Shown: positions 50,140 through 59,961 of the stretch, piece by piece
How the letters are laid out: each line of letters starts with the position of its first letter
How positions within the stretch are numbered: position 1 is the stretch's first letter
Sequence record: DRR723986_1848
Strand: one strand, 5' to 3'
Length of the DNA stretch: 64,000 nucleotides
Position numbers and translations under genes: made by a program
The notes under the pieces: generated by a model
Told to the model about the DNA's origin: nothing
What the model saw: only the letters and a program-made list of their open reading frames with translations
The model's database searches: none

Positions 50140-50826
50140 ATGAATCGGAGCATATATTCCATGAATATAACTAAATACTTATCGATCGCTGGAGCAGCAT
50201 TTGTGTCAGGTTTGACAGAACGTGAACTGAACCGAGTAATTGATGAGATGCTTGTACCAGATGAGTTGGTTGTTCAGAGTAACGGGGGCAGGAGTTTTTC
50301 ACCGCTGGGCATTGCTTTTGCAAAGTTTTACTTCCGATTGGCTCCAATACTGAGTGCGACGACCAGGAAGCAGATCATTAATCAAGCATACGAGAATTTC
50401 CATGTACAAGGCGAAGGCTTCAATTTCTTGGGTGAGGTTGTGGTGGGAGCCAAAAGTTGGGAGATTTCGGTTGATATAGTTAGAGTTGATATTGCCCCTT
50501 TTGTGCGTGAGGTTTGGTCGAATTTACGCTTGGTGGATGCAGCTGAAAGTTCGATTACACAGGACGATTCGGTGATGTCTGGGCGTCCCGTATTCAAGGG
50601 AACAAGGCTTCCAGTCGACTTGGTTGTCGGTGTCAAGGAACAGTCAATAAGTATTCAAGAAGCTCAAGAGGCCTACCCATTCTTAACCAAAGAGCAAATT
50701 GAGGCGGCGGAAGTCTACCTCAAGCTCCACCCTCCCCGTGGGCGCCCTAGACGCCTGACAGAAGTGAACCCAAAGCTCAAGGTATTAAGGCCGAGAGCCA
50801 AAAGCGAAAGAAATTTTGACGATTAA
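50140..50826 (+). CDS. DUF433-domain protein (putative antitoxin), orphan
   Basis: ITQDDSVMSGRPVFKGTRLPV...AYPFLTKEQI...Y...HPPRGRP. Confidence 0.78.
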   Translation: MNRSIYSMNITKYLSIAGAAFVSGLTERELNRVIDEMLVPDELVVQSNGGRSFSPLGIAFAKFYFRLAPILSATTRKQIINQAYENFHVQGEGFNFLGEVVVGAKSWEISVDIVRVDIAPFVREVWSNLRLVDAAESSITQDDSVMSGRPVFKGTRLPVDLVVGVKEQSISIQEAQEAYPFLTKEQIEAAEVYLKLHPPRGRPRRLTEVNPKLKVLRPRAKSERNFDD

Positions 50827-50879
50827 CATCGAATAGCTTCGGAATGTAGCGCTGAGCAGAACTCAGGCGGAATGATTGT

Positions 50880-50926
50880 TGGTCGCGTATTTACGTGTGT
50901 AGTCGCATATTTAAACGGAAATAACA
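50880..50926 (-). repeat. Right transposon end
   Basis: Reverse complement TGTTATTTCCGTTTAAATATGCGACTAC matches the left end at 23/28; a second degenerate site GGTCGCGTAT at 50881. Confidence 0.88.
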
Positions 50927-51793
50927 TCCGCCGCCGATCAATGCAGCCATGGTGCTGCTAGGGTGTGGGTTTCTAAAAGGGCGCTGCGGGCTCAGCATGT
51001 CGCTTTCGCCTTTCAGGCTTCGAATGGCCGAGATCTCCAGCGAGTCTTCAAAAGGCAAAGGTGGCATCAGGCTGCCTACGCGCTGCGCCAGCATCGACTT
51101 TCCACTGCCCGGTGGGCCCACCAGGCGAATGTGGTGTTGACCCGCCGTGGCGGTCAGTAAGGCATGTTTGGCGGTTTGGTGACCAATCACTTCGGCCATG
51201 TCCAGTGGGTTGGTCGTGCTCGAATGGTTTGATGCCAGGTGTGATTGTTGTTCCAGTGGCTGGCCATGCCCCACCAGATGCGCAGCCGCTTCAAACAAAT
51301 TGCCGGCGCCGAATACTGCAAGGTCGGGCACAGTGGCTGCAAGCCTGGCTGGCGCTTTGGGCATCATCAGCTTGATCGTGCGCTGGCGTATGCAGGCCTC
51401 CTTTCGAGCAGCAACTGCCAGGGCAAAAGGACTGCGTACGCCAGTCAGTGCACCTGACAATGACAGTTCTCCAGCGAACAACCAGTCAGAGAGATCGGCT
51501 TTGGCCAATTGGCCCGAAGCACTGGCGATGCCCAATGCGACTGCAAGATCAAATGCCGCACTGCCCTTGGGAAGGTCAGCCGGCGCGAGGTTGACTGTAA
51601 TTCGCTGAGAGGGAAACTCGAATCCGCTGTTGAGCAAGGCCGATCGTACTCGTTCTTTGGATTCACGGATTTCGGTATCGGGCAGACCGACCAGCGCGAA
51701 GGAAGGCAAGCCGGCTGACAAATGAACCTCAATTTGAACCGCGACAGGGCGAACGCCCACAAAGGTAAGACTGTGAAGGGTGGCTAGAGGCAT
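50927..51793 (-). pseudogene. comM: comM/yifB 5' fragment (disrupted by the transposon)
   Basis: GLPD..IRESKERVRSAL, ITVNLAPADLPK, Walker A GPPGSGKS, RPFRNPH..S...ALIGGG, then reads into the transposon end. Confidence 0.93.
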
Positions 51794-51901
51794 GGTGCGG
51801 ACAACAGTCAAACCCCGAGGATTATCCCCACGCCGCTTCTTTTTGCAAATGAGTGCTTCGGTTGGCGTCACCCGGTGGACGACGCCTGACAGAGGGCTCG
51901 A

Positions 51902-52132
51902 TCAGGTTCGTTTCTCGAGCTCAGCCACGCGCAATTCGAGTGCATGCACCTTTTCGCGCAGCCGGTTAAGCACTTCCTTTTGGATTTCAAAATCTTCAAG
52001 GCTCACAAACTCCATGTCTTGCAAACCTTGCCGAATCAGCTGTGTGACTGGATTCTCCATGTTTTGAAGGCCTTTTGCGTTGAGCAATTCGCCTACTTTG
52101 GCCGTGATGGCATCGAAAGGATTGTTCGCCAA
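51902..52132 (-). CDS. ubiK: Accessory factor UbiK (YqiC/BMFP) family
   Basis: FVSLEDFEIQKEVLNRLREKV.ALE.RVAELE; typical position between comM and glnK. Confidence 0.8.
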   Translation of the reverse strand: MANNPFDAITAKVGELLNAKGLQNMENPVTQLIRQGLQDMEFVSLEDFEIQKEVLNRLREKVHALELRVAELEKRT

Positions 52133-52161
52133 TGTTTACCCCGAAAGAGTTTTATCGCGTC

Positions 52162-52189
52162 GCACCAAAACAGTGCACCAAATTGGTGC
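52162..52189. promoter_or_regulatory. Tandem NtrC-binding sites
   Basis: GCACCAAAACAGTGC and TGCACCAAATTGGTGC match the GCAC-N7-GTGC consensus. Confidence 0.75.
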
Positions 52190-52272
52190 TGCGGCGAAAA
52201 ATTCAAAAAATTGAATCCCTATTGTGCCCGAAAAAGGGGGATTTATCGTGAAATTACCGACGAGTTCATGGT

Positions 52273-52288
52273 TGGCACACTTCTCGCT
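52273..52288 (+). promoter_or_regulatory. Sigma-54 (-24/-12) promoter of torF-glnK-amtB
   Basis: TGGCAC-ACTTC-TCGCT with GG-N10-GC spacing. Confidence 0.7.
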
Positions 52289-52343
52289 AATAGACCCTTG
52301 CCAAAAAAACTTTACGGCATTCATCTATTTTTAGGAGAGTGAG

Positions 52344-53117
52344 ATGAAAAAATTAGTACTGGTCGCTGCAATCGCCGCAACTACTTTCGGGGCTGTTTCA
52401 ACTGCACAAGCTGTTGAAGTGACTACCACTGCAAACGCCAACCTCACCACCGACTATAAGTTCCGTGGTATTTCCCAAACCAATGCAGGCCCAGCTTTCC
52501 AGGGTGGTTTTGACGCCGCTTTCAGCAACGGTTTCTACATCGGTAACTGGAACTCCAACGTTTCTTTCACTGGCGCTACTGGTGCCGGTCTGGAAATGGA
52601 CTTCTACGGTGGCTACGCTGGCTCTTTCGCCAACGGTATTGGATATGACGTGGGTGCTTTGTATTACTTCTACGAAGGCGCAGCTATTACCCCAGGTTTG
52701 CCCGAACTCAATACATTGGAAGTCTACGGTAAGTTGACTTACGGTGGTGCATACGCCAAGTTGTCAGTCGCTGCTTCCGAAGACTACTTCGGCTTCCAGG
52801 GCGTCAATAGCCAAAATGATCAGAGCGGATCAACATACCTCGACTTGGGTTACACATTCCCATTGTCCGATGCTTTGTCTTTGACCGCTCACTACGGTTT
52901 GACATCGTTCGACAAGGACATGGCCGACCTGCGTCCAGGTGCTACCGGCACAATCGACTCCTATGCTGACTACAGCATCGGCGCTACATATGCCATTAGC
53001 CCAAAGTACTCAATCACCGCAGCCTACATCGAAACTGATGACGATGCGCAAGCACTGATCAACAACGATGACTTGACCGACGGTTCTTTGGTAGTGACTT
53101 TCAGCGCCAAGTTCTAA
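52344..53117 (+). CDS. TorF family putative porin
   Basis: Signal peptide; TDYKFRGISQT..GPAFQGGFD; C-terminal Phe. Confidence 0.85.
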   Translation: MKKLVLVAAIAATTFGAVSTAQAVEVTTTANANLTTDYKFRGISQTNAGPAFQGGFDAAFSNGFYIGNWNSNVSFTGATGAGLEMDFYGGYAGSFANGIGYDVGALYYFYEGAAITPGLPELNTLEVYGKLTYGGAYAKLSVAASEDYFGFQGVNSQNDQSGSTYLDLGYTFPLSDALSLTAHYGLTSFDKDMADLRPGATGTIDSYADYSIGATYAISPKYSITAAYIETDDDAQALINNDDLTDGSLVVTFSAKF

Positions 53118-53140
53118 ATTGAATCCAGACAGCGCTCTGA

Positions 53141-53527
<387 letters not shown>

Positions 53528-53548
53528 CCAGAGAGAAGTGAGGAAATC

Positions 53549-55003
53549 ATGAGAAAACTTCTGACTGTCTGGCTTGCGGCCGCAGCACTGGGTTTCAGTG
53601 TTGCCAGTCCCGGTGTATTTGCTCAGGAAACCCCTGTAGCGCCTGCCACCGAAGCCACCGAAACAATGGCTGCTCCCGTCGAGGCAGCTCCTGCCGAAGC
53701 GCCTGCCGCTGAAGCTCCCATGGCCGCAGAAGCTGCTCCCGCAGAAGAAGCTGCCCCAGCTGTTGAACAAACAGTGAACAAAGGCGATATCACCTGGATG
53801 ATGGTCGCGACTATTTTGGTTATCTTCATGACCATTCCTGGCTTGGCATTGTTCTACGGCGGCTTGGTCCGCGCAAAGAACATGTTGTCTGTGCTGATGC
53901 AGGTAATGTCCGTGTTCTGTCTGATCGTGGTGTTGTGGGCTGTATACGGCTACAGCTTGACTTTCGGCGGTGGTGACAATCCGTTCGTGGGCAACTTCAG
54001 CAAACTGTTCTTGAGCGGCGTGACACCTGACTCCCTGTCAGCCACGTTCACTGAAGGCGTGATGATCCCTGAATTCATTTTCATCGCATTCCAGTCCACA
54101 TTCGCGGCCATTACCTGTGCCCTGATCGTGGGTGCATTCGCCGAGCGCATCAAGTTTTCTGCAGTGTTGCTGTTCTGTGCAATCTGGTTCACTTTCAGCT
54201 ACGTGCCAATCGCTCACATGGTGTGGGACGCTGCTGGTTTCATCTTCGCAGATGGCGCAATCGACTTCGCTGGCGGTACAGTGGTTCACATCAACGCTGC
54301 AGTTGCAGGTTTGGTGGGTGCTTACATGATCGGCAAGCGTGTTGGTTACGGCAAGGAAGCCATGACTCCACACAGCCTGACATTGACCATGGTTGGTGCA
54401 TCCATGCTGTGGGTGGGTTGGTTCGGTTTCAACGCTGGTTCCAACCTGGAAGCCAACGGTGGTGCAACATTGGCCTTCATCAACACATTGTTGGCAACTG
54501 CTGCCGCAACACTGAGCTGGGCCGCTGCTGAAGCACTGCTGAAAGGCAAGGCGTCCATGCTGGGTGCCGCTTCCGGTGCAGTGGGTGGTCTGGTTGCGAT
54601 CACACCAGCCTGCGGCACAATCGGCCCAATGGGAGCTCTGATCCTTGGCTTGATGGCTGGCCCAATCTGTCTGTGGGGCGTGACTGGTCTTAAGAAGATG
54701 TTGGGTGCAGACGATGCACTGGACGTGTTCGGTGTACACGGCGTAGGCGGTATCTTGGGCGCCTTGATGGTAGGTGTGTTGTCTGCACCTAGCCTGGGCG
54801 GCACCATGGGTGACGACTTCGTAATCGCTTCCCAGTTGGCAGTGCAGGCCAAGGGCGTGGTGATCACTATCGTTTGGTCTGGTATCGTGGCTGCAATCTC
54901 CTTCAAGCTGGTAGACCTCATCGTTGGCCTGCGTGTGTCTGAAGATGCAGAGCGCGAAGGTCTGGACATCACCTCTCACGGTGAAACAGCCTACAGCAAG
55001 TAA
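53549..55003 (+). CDS. amtB: Ammonium transporter AmtB
   Basis: PGLALFYGGLVR, DFAGGTVVH, WFGFNAGS and DDALDVFGVHG. Confidence 0.95.
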   Translation: MRKLLTVWLAAAALGFSVASPGVFAQETPVAPATEATETMAAPVEAAPAEAPAAEAPMAAEAAPAEEAAPAVEQTVNKGDITWMMVATILVIFMTIPGLALFYGGLVRAKNMLSVLMQVMSVFCLIVVLWAVYGYSLTFGGGDNPFVGNFSKLFLSGVTPDSLSATFTEGVMIPEFIFIAFQSTFAAITCALIVGAFAERIKFSAVLLFCAIWFTFSYVPIAHMVWDAAGFIFADGAIDFAGGTVVHINAAVAGLVGAYMIGKRVGYGKEAMTPHSLTLTMVGASMLWVGWFGFNAGSNLEANGGATLAFINTLLATAAATLSWAAAEALLKGKASMLGAASGAVGGLVAITPACGTIGPMGALILGLMAGPICLWGVTGLKKMLGADDALDVFGVHGVGGILGALMVGVLSAPSLGGTMGDDFVIASQLAVQAKGVVITIVWSGIVAAISFKLVDLIVGLRVSEDAEREGLDITSHGETAYSK

Positions 55004-55055
55004 ATACACTCTCCACTTAGGTGGAATCCTTCAGCCCGGGGTAAAGGGCTGATTC

Positions 55056-55080
55056 AAAGGCACCTTCGGGTGCCTTTTTT
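55056..55080 (+). terminator. Rho-independent terminator
   Basis: AAAGGCACC-TTCG-GGTGCCTTTTTT. Confidence 0.85.
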
Positions 55081-55166
55081 GCTTCACCCCCCGATTTTCC
55101 CTCCTCAATGTGGCGGTGCAGCGTTTTGGATTACACTTGGCGAAGTGTCTTACCCAGAGAATGTTG

Positions 55167-56456
55167 ATGGTTCCACATCTTGTAACTGCTTTAACCGGTC
55201 CACTGTTGGATCTTGAAAAACGAATGCTCGACAAGACCACTGAAATTGAGCGGTGGTTTCGCATGGCCTGGAATGAGAACACGCCGCCTTTTTACAGTTC
55301 AGTGGATGTGCGCAATGCAGGTTTCAAGCTTGCGCCTGTTGACACCAACCTGTTTCCTGGCGGTTTCAACAATCTCGCCCCCGACATGATGCCGCTGGCC
55401 ATTCAGGCCGCCGTGAGTGCCATTGACAAAATTTGTCCGGAAGCGCGCAGCATGGTGCTGGTACCGGAGAACCACACCCGCAACACCTTTTACCTCACCA
55501 ATGTGGCCCGCTTGGCTGCCATTTTGAAGCAAACCGGTCTGGATATTCGTCTGGGTTCCGTGTCGCCCGACATCACCGAACCGACCCGTTTTGATTTGCC
55601 GGATGGTCAGCACATTGTGCTGGAACCGCTCAAGCGCTACGGTAGCCGGGTTGGTGTTGATGGGTTGGAGCCATGTGCGGTGTTGTTGAACAACGATCTT
55701 TCCGCAGGTGTTCCTCCAATTCTGCAAGGCATTAAAGACCAAATCCTGTTGCCCCCTTTGCATGCTGGTTGGGCCACCCGCCGCAAGAGTACGCACTTCA
55801 AAGCCTATGATTCAGTCGTTGAGGCTTTTTCTGAAATGCTGGAAATTGATCCCTGGTTGATCAACCCGTATTTCACGCACCGCAATCAGTTGAATTTTCA
55901 GGAGCGCGTGGGTGAAGAGGCCCTGGCGCAGGCTGTCGATGAGGTGCTTGCCAAAACACGCATCAAATACGCTGAATACGGCATAGACGAGCAGCCTTAT
56001 GTGGTGGTCAAGGCTGATGCAGGCACCTACGGCATGGGCATCATGACTGTAAAGGACGCCTCGGAAGTGGTTGGCCTGAATCGCAAGCAGCGCAACAAAA
56101 TGTCGGTGATCAAAGAGGGCCTGCAGGTGTCCGACGTGATTATTCAAGAAGGTGTGCACACCTTCGAGAGCATTGAAGACGCCGTGGCCGAGCCTGTGGT
56201 TTACATGATCGACCGCTATGTGGTGGGCGGTTTTTACCGAGTGCACACTGGCCGTGGCCGCGATGAAAACCTGAATGCACCTGGCATGCACTTTGTGCCT
56301 TTGGCATTTGAAACGCCATGTAACACACCCGACTGCAGTGATCGCCCCGACGCCGCGATGAACCGTTTCTATGCTTATGGCGTAATCGGCCGTCTGGCCG
56401 CGTTGGCTGCTTCGCAAGAGCTGGAGGCTACAGCAGGTATGGAGTTGGCCGCATGA
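55167..56456 (+). CDS. gshA: Glutamate-cysteine ligase (betaproteobacterial GshA)
   Basis: MVPHLVTALTGP, PVDTNLFPGGFNN and KADAGTYGMG; upstream of gshB. Confidence 0.9.
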   Translation: MVPHLVTALTGPLLDLEKRMLDKTTEIERWFRMAWNENTPPFYSSVDVRNAGFKLAPVDTNLFPGGFNNLAPDMMPLAIQAAVSAIDKICPEARSMVLVPENHTRNTFYLTNVARLAAILKQTGLDIRLGSVSPDITEPTRFDLPDGQHIVLEPLKRYGSRVGVDGLEPCAVLLNNDLSAGVPPILQGIKDQILLPPLHAGWATRRKSTHFKAYDSVVEAFSEMLEIDPWLINPYFTHRNQLNFQERVGEEALAQAVDEVLAKTRIKYAEYGIDEQPYVVVKADAGTYGMGIMTVKDASEVVGLNRKQRNKMSVIKEGLQVSDVIIQEGVHTFESIEDAVAEPVVYMIDRYVVGGFYRVHTGRGRDENLNAPGMHFVPLAFETPCNTPDCSDRPDAAMNRFYAYGVIGRLAALAASQELEATAGMELAA

Positions 56457-57415
56457 GCAGTCGGAGTTTTGTGTGCGTCATTGATCCGCTCACCAGCCTG
56501 AATCCGAAAAAAGATTCCTCCATCGCCATGATGGAATCGGCGCAATCGCGTGGCTGGAAAGTGGGCGTGATCGAGGATGGAGGCATGCATTGGGCGACTG
56601 GTGTTGGTGTTCGCGCCCAGGTGGTGTGGATTGCAATTGACCGGGCCAGCAAGCCTTGGTATTCCGAGGTGGGTCGTGAAGAGGTTGCATTGAAAGACCT
56701 TGATGCCATCATCATGCGCAAAGACCCACCGTTCGATGCCGAGTTTGTGACCGCTACCTGGCTTCTTGAACAGGGCGAGCGTGAGGGTGCGCGAGTGTTC
56801 AATAGTCCGCGGGCCATTCGTGATCACAACGAAAAATTCACCATTGCCCAGTTTGAACAATTTGTAGTGCCTACCCTGGTTTCGCGCAACGCCGCCCAGC
56901 TTCGCGGTTTTCTGGAACAACATCCTGATGCCATTGCCAAACCTCTGGATGGCATGGGCGGCACGTCAATTTTTCGCATGAAGAAAGGCGATCAAAACGT
57001 GGGCGTAATACTGGAAACCCTGACCGACTATGGCCGCAAAACCGCCATGATTCAGCGCTATATTCCCGACATTGTGGACGGCGACAAACGTGTGTTACTC
57101 ATCAATGGCGAGCCGGTACCTTATTGTCTGGCACGATTACCCAAAGAGGGTGAGCACCGAGGTAACCTGGCTGCGGGGGGCACAGGCAGGGCACAGCCCT
57201 TGAGTGAAAGCGACTGGCACATTGCCCGCACATTGGCACCCGAATTGAAAAAGCGAGGGCTATTGCTGGTGGGACTGGACATCATCGGGCAGAACCTCAC
57301 CGAGGTGAATGTCACAAGCCCCACCTGCTTTCGCGAGATCATGGATCAAACCGGATTTCCCGTGGCAGACACTTTCGTGCAAGCCGTTGAAACAGCCTTG
57401 CAGGAGAAGCACTGA
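56453..57415 (+). CDS. gshB: Glutathione synthetase
   Basis: KDSS.AMM, MRKDPPFD, KPLDGMGG, RGNLAAGG and EVNVTSPT. Confidence 0.94.
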   Translation: MSSRSFVCVIDPLTSLNPKKDSSIAMMESAQSRGWKVGVIEDGGMHWATGVGVRAQVVWIAIDRASKPWYSEVGREEVALKDLDAIIMRKDPPFDAEFVTATWLLEQGEREGARVFNSPRAIRDHNEKFTIAQFEQFVVPTLVSRNAAQLRGFLEQHPDAIAKPLDGMGGTSIFRMKKGDQNVGVILETLTDYGRKTAMIQRYIPDIVDGDKRVLLINGEPVPYCLARLPKEGEHRGNLAAGGTGRAQPLSESDWHIARTLAPELKKRGLLLVGLDIIGQNLTEVNVTSPTCFREIMDQTGFPVADTFVQAVETALQEKH

Positions 57416-57879
57416 TGTTGGGCTTGGTGCTGGTGACTCATGCGCCTTTGGGTGACGCCATTGCCCAATGCGTGAAACACGTGATGGGTTCTTTGCCTGA
57501 TGGACTGGCTGTGGTGGATGTGCCTGCGGATGAAGACATTGAACAGTCTGTGCAGCGCATTCAAGCCGCTGCGCGGCAGGTTCATGCGGGTGAAGGTGTG
57601 GTGTTTTTGACTGACCTGTTTGGTGCAACTCCTTCCAATGCCGCGGTGCGTGCTGGCGTGGAATCGTTGAATTTGCCGACTGTGCTGGTCTCGGGCTGCA
57701 ATCTACCCATGGTGCTGCGTGCACTTGGGTTTCGGGATTTGCCCATCAATGACGTGGCCGAACGTTTGGTCATGGGCGGCCGAAACGGTATCGTAAGCAC
57801 TGGTGCAACAGCGCCACAACGTCAAACCTTTAACCCGGCGAAGAACGATGATTCAGCAAGAAATCACCATCAGCAATAA
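57415..57879 (+). CDS. PTS EIIA, mannose/fructose type
   Basis: LVTHAPLG, TDLFGATPSN and NLPMVLR. Confidence 0.85.
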   Translation: MLGLVLVTHAPLGDAIAQCVKHVMGSLPDGLAVVDVPADEDIEQSVQRIQAAARQVHAGEGVVFLTDLFGATPSNAAVRAGVESLNLPTVLVSGCNLPMVLRALGFRDLPINDVAERLVMGGRNGIVSTGATAPQRQTFNPAKNDDSARNHHQQ

Positions 57880-58117
57880 ACTGGGCCTGCATGCGCGGGC
57901 TTCGGTCAAACTGACACAGACGGCCAGCCGTTTTCAGTCCGAAGTGTGGATTGGCAAGGCAGGCCGGCGCGTGAATGCAAAAAGTATCATGGGTGTCATG
58001 ATGTTGGCCGCAGGGAAAGGACACAATGTGCTTCTTGAAGCGGAGGGCAGTGACGAGGCTGAAGCCATCGCCGCACTGGTGGCCTTGATTGATGACAAAT
58101 TTGGCGAAGGCGAGTAA
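57848..58117 (+). CDS. ptsH: HPr phosphocarrier
   Basis: NKLGLHARAS and NAKSIMGVMML. Confidence 0.93.
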   Translation: MIQQEITISNKLGLHARASVKLTQTASRFQSEVWIGKAGRRVNAKSIMGVMMLAAGKGHNVLLEAEGSDEAEAIAALVALIDDKFGEGE

Positions 58118-58120
58118 ACC

Positions 58121-59872
58121 ATGACCCTGGCCTTGCATGGCATTGCAGTATCAAGAGGCATTGCAGTCAGCCGAGCCCTGGTTTGGGACACGGCGATGCG
58201 GGACATTCCCCGCAATCGCATTGAAAAAAAATCCGTTCGTTTCGAGAAAAAGAGATTCGACAACGCGGTCAAACGCGTCGCTGATGAGTTGGTTGAAATT
58301 CGCAGTCAAATTGCAGCTGACTCCCCTGCAGAGTTCGATGCGTTCCTGAACTTGCACAGCCTGATTCTGGCCGACCCGATTCTGTCCGAAGAGCCCAAAA
58401 ACCTGATTCAAAGCAAGTTGATCAATGCCGAGTGGGCGCTGATCGAGCAAATGGAAGTGCTCTTGGAGCAGTTTTCCGCCATTGAGGATGATTACTTCCG
58501 CGAGCGCAACAGCGATGTGCGTCAAGTGGTTGAGCGCATTCTGAAATCACTGCGAGGTCATGCCACAGCTCTGCCCTTGCCTCCCGAGGGTGAGAATGAA
58601 GACCCCTGGCTGATTGTTGCGCACGATATTTCGCCAGCCGATATGGTGCAACTCAAAGGCCGCCGCGTGGGCGCTTTCGTGACCGAGATGGGTGGTGCAA
58701 CCTCTCACACCGCGATTGTGGCGCGCAGCCTTGGCATACCTGCGGTCGTGGGTGTGCCGCGCGCGCTCGAGTATGTGCACAACGGCGATTTGGTGGTGGT
58801 CGACGGCAAGGTAGGTGCCGTGTTTCTGGACCCCGCTGCGATGGTGGTGGACGAGTACCAGCGCAAACAGGCCATTTTGGCTTTGTCGCGCCAGCGCCTG
58901 AAGCGGCTGATTACCACCGAAGCGCGAACCCAATGCGGCCGTCGAATTGAGTTGCTGGCCAACATTGAATTGCCCGAGGACGTGAAAGGCGTGGTGGATG
59001 CGGGGGCCGATGGTGTAGGCCTGTTCCGGTCCGAATTCCTGTTCATGAACCGCAAGGAATGGCCTTCTGAGGATGAGCAGTATGAGGCGTACCGAAAGGT
59101 AATCAAGGCCATGAAAGGCAAGCCGGTCACAGTTCGGACACTGGATTTGGGCGCTGACAAAACCCTGCAGTTTGATGGGGCCAACAGCAGTGCGCCACCC
59201 GTGTCCAGCACTTCAGCGCTGGGGTTGCGTTCCATTCGCTTCAGTTTGGCTGAGCCCGCCATATTTCTCACCCAAATTCGCGCCTTGTTGCGGGCTGCCA
59301 AGCATGGTCCAGTCAAAATCCTTTTGCCGATGCTCACCAACATTCGGGAAACCAAACAAGCTTTGGCCTACATTGATATGGCGCGTGAACAATTGCTCGA
59401 GCGCCGTTTTCAGGCCAATCAGGCCGTGCCAATCGGCGGCATGATCGAAGTGCCCGCGGCTGCGCTCAGCCTGCCGCATTTCTTGAATTATCTGGATTAC
59501 GTGTCGATCGGCACCAACGATTTGATTCAATACACGCTGGCAGTTGACCGGGTCGATCACCAGGTGGCGCACTTGTACGACCCCCTCCACCCCGCGGTGT
59601 TAAGGCTTGTCTTTGAGGTCATCTCCAGCGCTGAAAAAGCGGGCGTGCCTGTGAGCGTATGTGGTGAAATGGCGGGCGATATTCGCCTGACCCGCTTGTT
59701 GCTGGGCATGGGCCTTACCCAGTATTCCATGCACCCGTCGCAGTTGTTGGATGTGAAAGAGTTGCTGCTGAAAACCGATTTTGAGGCCACGCAAAAATTG
59801 GTCAAAAAAGTGACTCGGTCATTTGACATCGATAAAATTGATGCCCTGATGCATCAATTGCACGAAGACTGA
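58121..59872 (+). CDS. ptsI: PTS enzyme I
   Basis: GGATSHTAIVARS, GVGLFRSEF, SIGTNDLIQY and VCGEMAGD. Confidence 0.94.
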   Translation: MTLALHGIAVSRGIAVSRALVWDTAMRDIPRNRIEKKSVRFEKKRFDNAVKRVADELVEIRSQIAADSPAEFDAFLNLHSLILADPILSEEPKNLIQSKLINAEWALIEQMEVLLEQFSAIEDDYFRERNSDVRQVVERILKSLRGHATALPLPPEGENEDPWLIVAHDISPADMVQLKGRRVGAFVTEMGGATSHTAIVARSLGIPAVVGVPRALEYVHNGDLVVVDGKVGAVFLDPAAMVVDEYQRKQAILALSRQRLKRLITTEARTQCGRRIELLANIELPEDVKGVVDAGADGVGLFRSEFLFMNRKEWPSEDEQYEAYRKVIKAMKGKPVTVRTLDLGADKTLQFDGANSSAPPVSSTSALGLRSIRFSLAEPAIFLTQIRALLRAAKHGPVKILLPMLTNIRETKQALAYIDMAREQLLERRFQANQAVPIGGMIEVPAAALSLPHFLNYLDYVSIGTNDLIQYTLAVDRVDHQVAHLYDPLHPAVLRLVFEVISSAEKAGVPVSVCGEMAGDIRLTRLLLGMGLTQYSMHPSQLLDVKELLLKTDFEATQKLVKKVTRSFDIDKIDALMHQLHED

Positions 59873-59961
59873 TCCAGCAACCGGCCCGCCCTTAAAGCCC
59901 GTTTGCGATTTATACTCAAGGGCTTGCGAAAACCAACCACCAACCAAAGAAACGCCGTATT

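Larger units (their letters stand above)
11576..50926 (+). mobile_element. Tn7-like (Tn6022-type) comM-targeting transposon, 39,351 bp
   Basis: TGTTA...TAACA ends; 5-bp TSD TCCGC at 11571-11575 and 50927-50931; tnsABC-tniQ at the left end; splits comM. Confidence 0.95.

Noticed and set aside
11576-50926. CRISPR-associated transposon (CAST)
   Set aside because: No cas5/6/7/8 or cas12k-like ORF and no repeat-spacer array were seen; targeting is explained by TniQ plus the TnsF-like gene.
50891-51871. 326-aa ORF as an intact Mg-chelatase-like gene
   Set aside because: It is the comM 5' fragment; its last 11 residues come from the transposon end and the upstream extension precedes the likely ATG at 51793.
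54038-55009. Long antisense ORFs over amtB (and similar ones over gshA, ptsI, icmF and rhs)
   Set aside because: Shadow ORFs produced by codon bias of well-supported genes on the opposite strand.
59875-59961. SAM riboswitch upstream of metX
   Set aside because: Only a weak AAGCCC...GGGCTT hairpin; SAM-II or SAM-I consensus not recognisable by eye. An Rfam/Infernal scan would decide.
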